A stretch of 10,473 nt of DNA, from the NCBI GenBank assembly GCA_001179505.1, contig CDMY01000922.1:1-10473 (forward strand), given 5' to 3'. Each line of letters opens with the position of its first letter. Within the stretch, counting starts at the first letter, position 1. Source of the DNA: Vitrella brassicaformis CCMP3155 (taxonomy: Eukaryota; Protista; Chromerida). Positions 7,605-10,473 of this stretch are shown one piece after another. The position numbers and the translations under genes are program-made. The notes beneath the pieces were generated by a model. The model had not been told where the DNA came from and ran no database searches. It was given only the letters and a program-made list of their open reading frames with translations.

Positions 7605-7866
7605 TGTGCTTTTTCGTGCTCTACTTTTTGCCCGCGTGAGTGTTTGTCGAATGACTCACGCAACTGCACCTCGATTAGTCGGGCGTGTCAGGGTGCATGT
7701 ATGTGTGGGTGCATGTGTGTGTGCGGTGAGGTTTTTTCTATGTGCCTTTTCGTACTGTACTTTTGCCCGCGTGAGTATTTGTCGAATGACTAACGCAACT
7801 GCACCTTAACAAGTCGGGCGTGGCAGGGTGCATGTATGTATTGATGCATGTGTGTGTGTCCGGTAG
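7605..7866. repeat. Two-copy tandem repeat, period ~135-136 bp
   Basis: Units start at 7605 and 7741 and share ttttgcccgcgtgagt.tttgtcgaatgact.acgcaactgcacct...agtcgggcgtg.cagggtgcatgtatgt. Confidence 0.9.
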
Positions 7867-8290
7867 CGATGTGTGTATCGTGTCTGCCTGCCTGTGTGTA
7901 GGGAGGGACGTGTGCGGTGGCGATGTGTATGTCGTGCCTGCTTAATGTGTAACGGAGAGAGGGATGGACTGATGCGTGCGTAGATGGTGTGACGGTGCGT
8001 CGTTGGCGTGCCTGCCTGTCTGCCTGCCTGCCTGTCTGTGAGGGTGTGTCATGCAGAGAGGCGGGGACGAACTGATGCGTGTGTTTGTGTGTGCCGTGCA
8101 TGTCTGCCTCTCTGTATGTCTATCTATCTGATGTGTGTATGTTCACCGACTGACGATGCATGTGGCGATGCGAGGGAGAAGGGACGGACGGGTACTGAGG
8201 CGCGACGTGCATGTGTCGCTGCATGTCTACCTGTCTGTATCTCGCGCTTGTGGATGTACATACGTTTCTTGTCTGTGTACATCAATGGGA
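7867..8290. repeat. Low-complexity TG / GCCT / TGCATGT-rich intergenic sequence
   Basis: (gcct/gtct)n at ~8008-8040, TG runs and recurring tgcatgt. Lies between the 3' ends of two convergent genes. Confidence 0.7.
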
Positions 8291-8342
8291 ACAGGATTTG
8301 ATGGACGATGGTGAATGAATGACTTACATATGTACGTCTGCA

Positions 8343-8597
8343 TACTGACCACAGGGTGTGGTACGCAATGGTGCCAAGCAACATGTAAAACGTGACATAT
8401 ACACTGGCAAGCACGCATTAACTAAGCAAAAAATGAAGCTCGCAGTCTATCCCTTCTTCTTTCTTAATGCGTACTGACCACAGGGTGTGGTACGCAATGG
8501 TGCCAAGCAATAGGTAAAACGTGACATATACACTGGGAAGCACGCATTAACTAAGCAAAAAAAGAAGCTCACAGACTATCCCTTCTTCTTTCTTAAT
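8343..8597. repeat. Two-copy tandem repeat, period 129 bp, about 95% identical
   Basis: Units 8343-8468 and 8472-8597 differ at 6 of 126 positions; a partial third echo follows (gaagcacgcagtctat). Confidence 0.95.
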
Positions 8598-8683
8598 CAA
8601 ACCAAGAAGCACGCAGTCTATTCCTCCTATGCAACGTAAAGGCAAGAACACGAGTAAGTGGACGAACAAACGATTTGTGTCGT

Positions 8684-10124
8684 CTAGTCAAAGGCGTAAA
8701 CTTTCATCTTAGACTCGAAAGGCTGGCGACACATTATATACTCACGCCCGTTGAAGTCGTTCACGAAACACTCTGACAGAAAGGATGTTTGCAGGGCAGG
8801 AAGAGAATCTCCACTTGACGCGCGTGACAAAGCTTACACATGCTGTATACGTATGACACCCATCTATGCTTCCCCCACGTTGATGATTCTTCGCTCTCGA
8901 CACCTACCGGTTGTCTATTTCTTCCTCCTTGGCTCGCCGCTCAGCCTCCTTGGCCTGTCGTTCGTCTTCCTTCGCTTGTCGCTCGGCCCTGATGGCTTCC
9001 TTCAGCTTTGCCACTTCCCTCTCCAATTCACGCACACGAGTACTCCCGTCAGCGCAAGTGAATAAGCAAGCATTCAATGCATATCAACCCCGTTTCTCCC
9101 TTGTGCTCCTCACCCCTGTGCCTGCGCTTTGCCATCCTTCTGTACCAAGCCAGACTTGCCGGAGCATCCTTTGCATGTGTCAGCAGACTTGCCGGAGCAT
9201 CCTTTGCACGTGTCAGCAGAGGAGATTGTCTTCAGTGAGAAGACAGGAAGTCCATTTGCGCGCCGTTCGATTAAGATCTGTGGACATGCGGAGAGGATGT
9301 CCGTCAACTTCTTGTTGCCCTTCAGGTTCATGGCATGGGGTGCCCTTCCCCGTAAGGCGACGCCCATTTGTTCCCCAGGAACAGGCCGTCCTTCTTACCA
9401 CAAGATTACCAGCGATTCCCCGATGATAGTCCTACAGAGAAAGAGTCCAGAAAAGGAGGCTAATAATATTGCACTTGTCGTGAAAGAAGACACTTCTCGG
9501 AGCGGAGTTGTGCCTTCATTCTTACTTCTGGATCTCTTCAAGTTGATCCGTCGAAGAGCTCATGATGTCGGAGTATGCAATTAGAAAGCAGGTCAGAAGA
9601 CAGCCAGTCTCGTGAGACAGCAGAAGACAGCATCAGAACTGTCTACCGAGCTCGCAAGGAGCGTTTTACGGCAGAGCTCGCACCTGACCCGGCTCGCTTC
9701 AAATAACCCTTCTGGGTTTGAAACCCTTAACCATATCAAACCCTCCCATACAAGGGACTTTGGCTCTTGTGTCCTTGTGATGGCCGATGGTGAATGGTTT
9801 GGCGTGCTGGATGCGAAGGGGACTGTTTGTCTATCGCCCTCACCCTAATACTGTGGGAGTGCATGATGGTGCGTACGTGTTGGCTGTGTTGTTGGCTTCA
9901 TCCATCATGATCATGGTATCGCTCTCTACGTCATGACTGACTAAGTTCTGCAGGCCTCGGTCAGCTCCTGAAAGCTGGTCTTCCTCATCACCCTGACCAC
10001 ACGTAAAACGCGGGATATCCGCGGATAGTTTGGAAATGCCCCAATTCGTGAATGGAGATTCGCACCTTGGGACTATTACCTTCAGCAGTGAGTGTATCTC
10101 CGTCTCAGTCTGTTCCGCTTTCAA
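8684..10124 (-). pseudogene. Multi-exon gene: LOTUS/OST-HTH-like winged-helix region(s) + CxxC repeat + coiled coil + C-terminal RING finger; disrupted
   Basis: Phase-consistent introns 9525-9432 (GTAAGA..CTGTAG), 9113-9043 (GTGAGG..GGGAG) and 8907-8843 (GTAGGT..TACAG), plus possible 10079-9993. The last exon reads RMCKLCHARQVEILFLPCKHPFCQ[-1 nt at ~8772]CFVNDFNGREYIMCRQPFESKMKVYAFD* (TAG 8686-8684). Coiled coil RVRELEREVAKLKEAIRAERQAKE. In-frame TAA at 9397-9395. 5' structure uncertain. Confidence 0.75.
9151..9220 (-). repeat. In-frame 33-bp tandem duplication
   Basis: cagacttgccggagcatcctttgca(t/c)gtgtcag x2, 1 mismatch; on the minus strand encodes SADTCKGCSGK twice. Confidence 0.95.
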
Positions 10125-10149
10125 TTAAGCAAAGCAACCCTCAAAGAGG

Positions 10150-10374
10150 GGGGAAACTGTCATTAACCGTAACACTCGTCTGTGTGTCCGTGATACTCAT
10201 ACAAATACAGTCCCATCAGCACGCAGAGTCAAACAGGCTCAAGGGGAGGAGGGATCAATCCCCGCCCCATCAGCACACCCCAGTCCCGCAAACCCTCCCC
10301 TCCCTCCCCCACGCAGACAGAAGCTAGTCGCACGCGCGAGGGCGATAGACAAGCGAGAGCGAATCCATCCAGAC
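10150..10374 (-). repeat. Right copy of the long inverted repeat (partner 1-225)
   Basis: Reverse complement of 1-225 with 2 mismatches (10336, 10173). Whether 10375-10473 also belongs to the repeat cannot be seen because the left copy is cut by the window edge. Confidence 0.97.
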
Positions 10375-10473
10375 ACATTGTAAGAATAGGTGGGAGAGAG
10401 TCGGGGAGAATGGTGAAGAGAGGATCTGCCGGGCGGTCAGTCCCGGATAAAGGATTAAGTTAATGCAACGTAA

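Noticed and set aside
7579-8418. ORFs 7579-7809, 7790-8101, 8008-8301, 8124-8414 and 8227-8418
   Set aside because: They are translations of TG/CA-rich low-complexity and tandem-repeat DNA (Cys/Val/His/Thr-rich) with no motifs.
8343-8597. Direct repeats (also 7605-7866, 3273-3379) as possible CRISPR arrays or LTRs
   Set aside because: Only two adjacent units with no unique spacers and no internal retroelement sequence; eukaryotic context, no cas genes.
9395-9397. In-frame TAA as evidence for a TAA=Gln genetic code
   Set aside because: TAA/TAG look like real terminators at 5482-5484 and 8686-8684, and the same gene has other lesions; a nonsense mutation is simpler.
9660-9770. SLVW...RCELCRKTL on the minus strand as a BED finger of a hAT transposase
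   Set aside because: The downstream HLxxxH pair is missing and no transposase catalytic domain follows; the segment fits better as part of the spliced RING gene.
8751-9848. Plus-strand ORFs 8751-9065, 8911-9426, 9129-9584 and 9612-9848
   Set aside because: Antisense shadows of the minus-strand coiled-coil/RING gene, whose splice sites and motifs define the coding strand.
9860-10124. PB1- or SUMO-like N-terminal domain (EIHSLLK, SFQELTEAC, DVESDTMIMMDE)
   Set aside because: The pieces lie in different frames with wrong spacing; too weak without a profile search.
1-10473. tRNA, rRNA, capsid, packaging ATPase, protease or reverse transcriptase genes
   Set aside because: No recognisable motifs in any frame by eye; a divergent capsid fragment cannot be fully excluded without HMM searches.

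Overview
Eukaryotic DNA in three parts. (1) A 225-bp GC-rich inverted repeat pair (1-225 and 10150-10374, 2 mismatches; the left copy runs off the window edge) brackets almost the whole window. (2) An AT-rich, intronless, virus-like block (226 to ~3241) looks like a decayed Polinton/Maverick or polinton-like virus fragment. It holds the C-terminal part of a family-B (protein-primed type) DNA polymerase, truncated at the repeat and frameshifted; a DDE/rve retroviral-type integrase with a frameshift near its start; a Cys-rich ORF; and a C3HC4 RING ORF. No capsid, packaging ATPase or protease was recognised. (3) A GC-richer region (~3700-10150) holds five spliceosomal-intron-containing genes that the ORF track mostly misses. 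They were reconstructed by hand from GT-AG introns of 53-94 nt and include a winged-helix (LOTUS/OST-HTH-like) + coiled-coil + RING gene and a double glycine-zipper membrane protein gene. At least three of the five show frameshifts or stops. Two-copy tandem duplications (27-136 bp) occur throughout. Domain calls are by eye from motifs; no database search was run.
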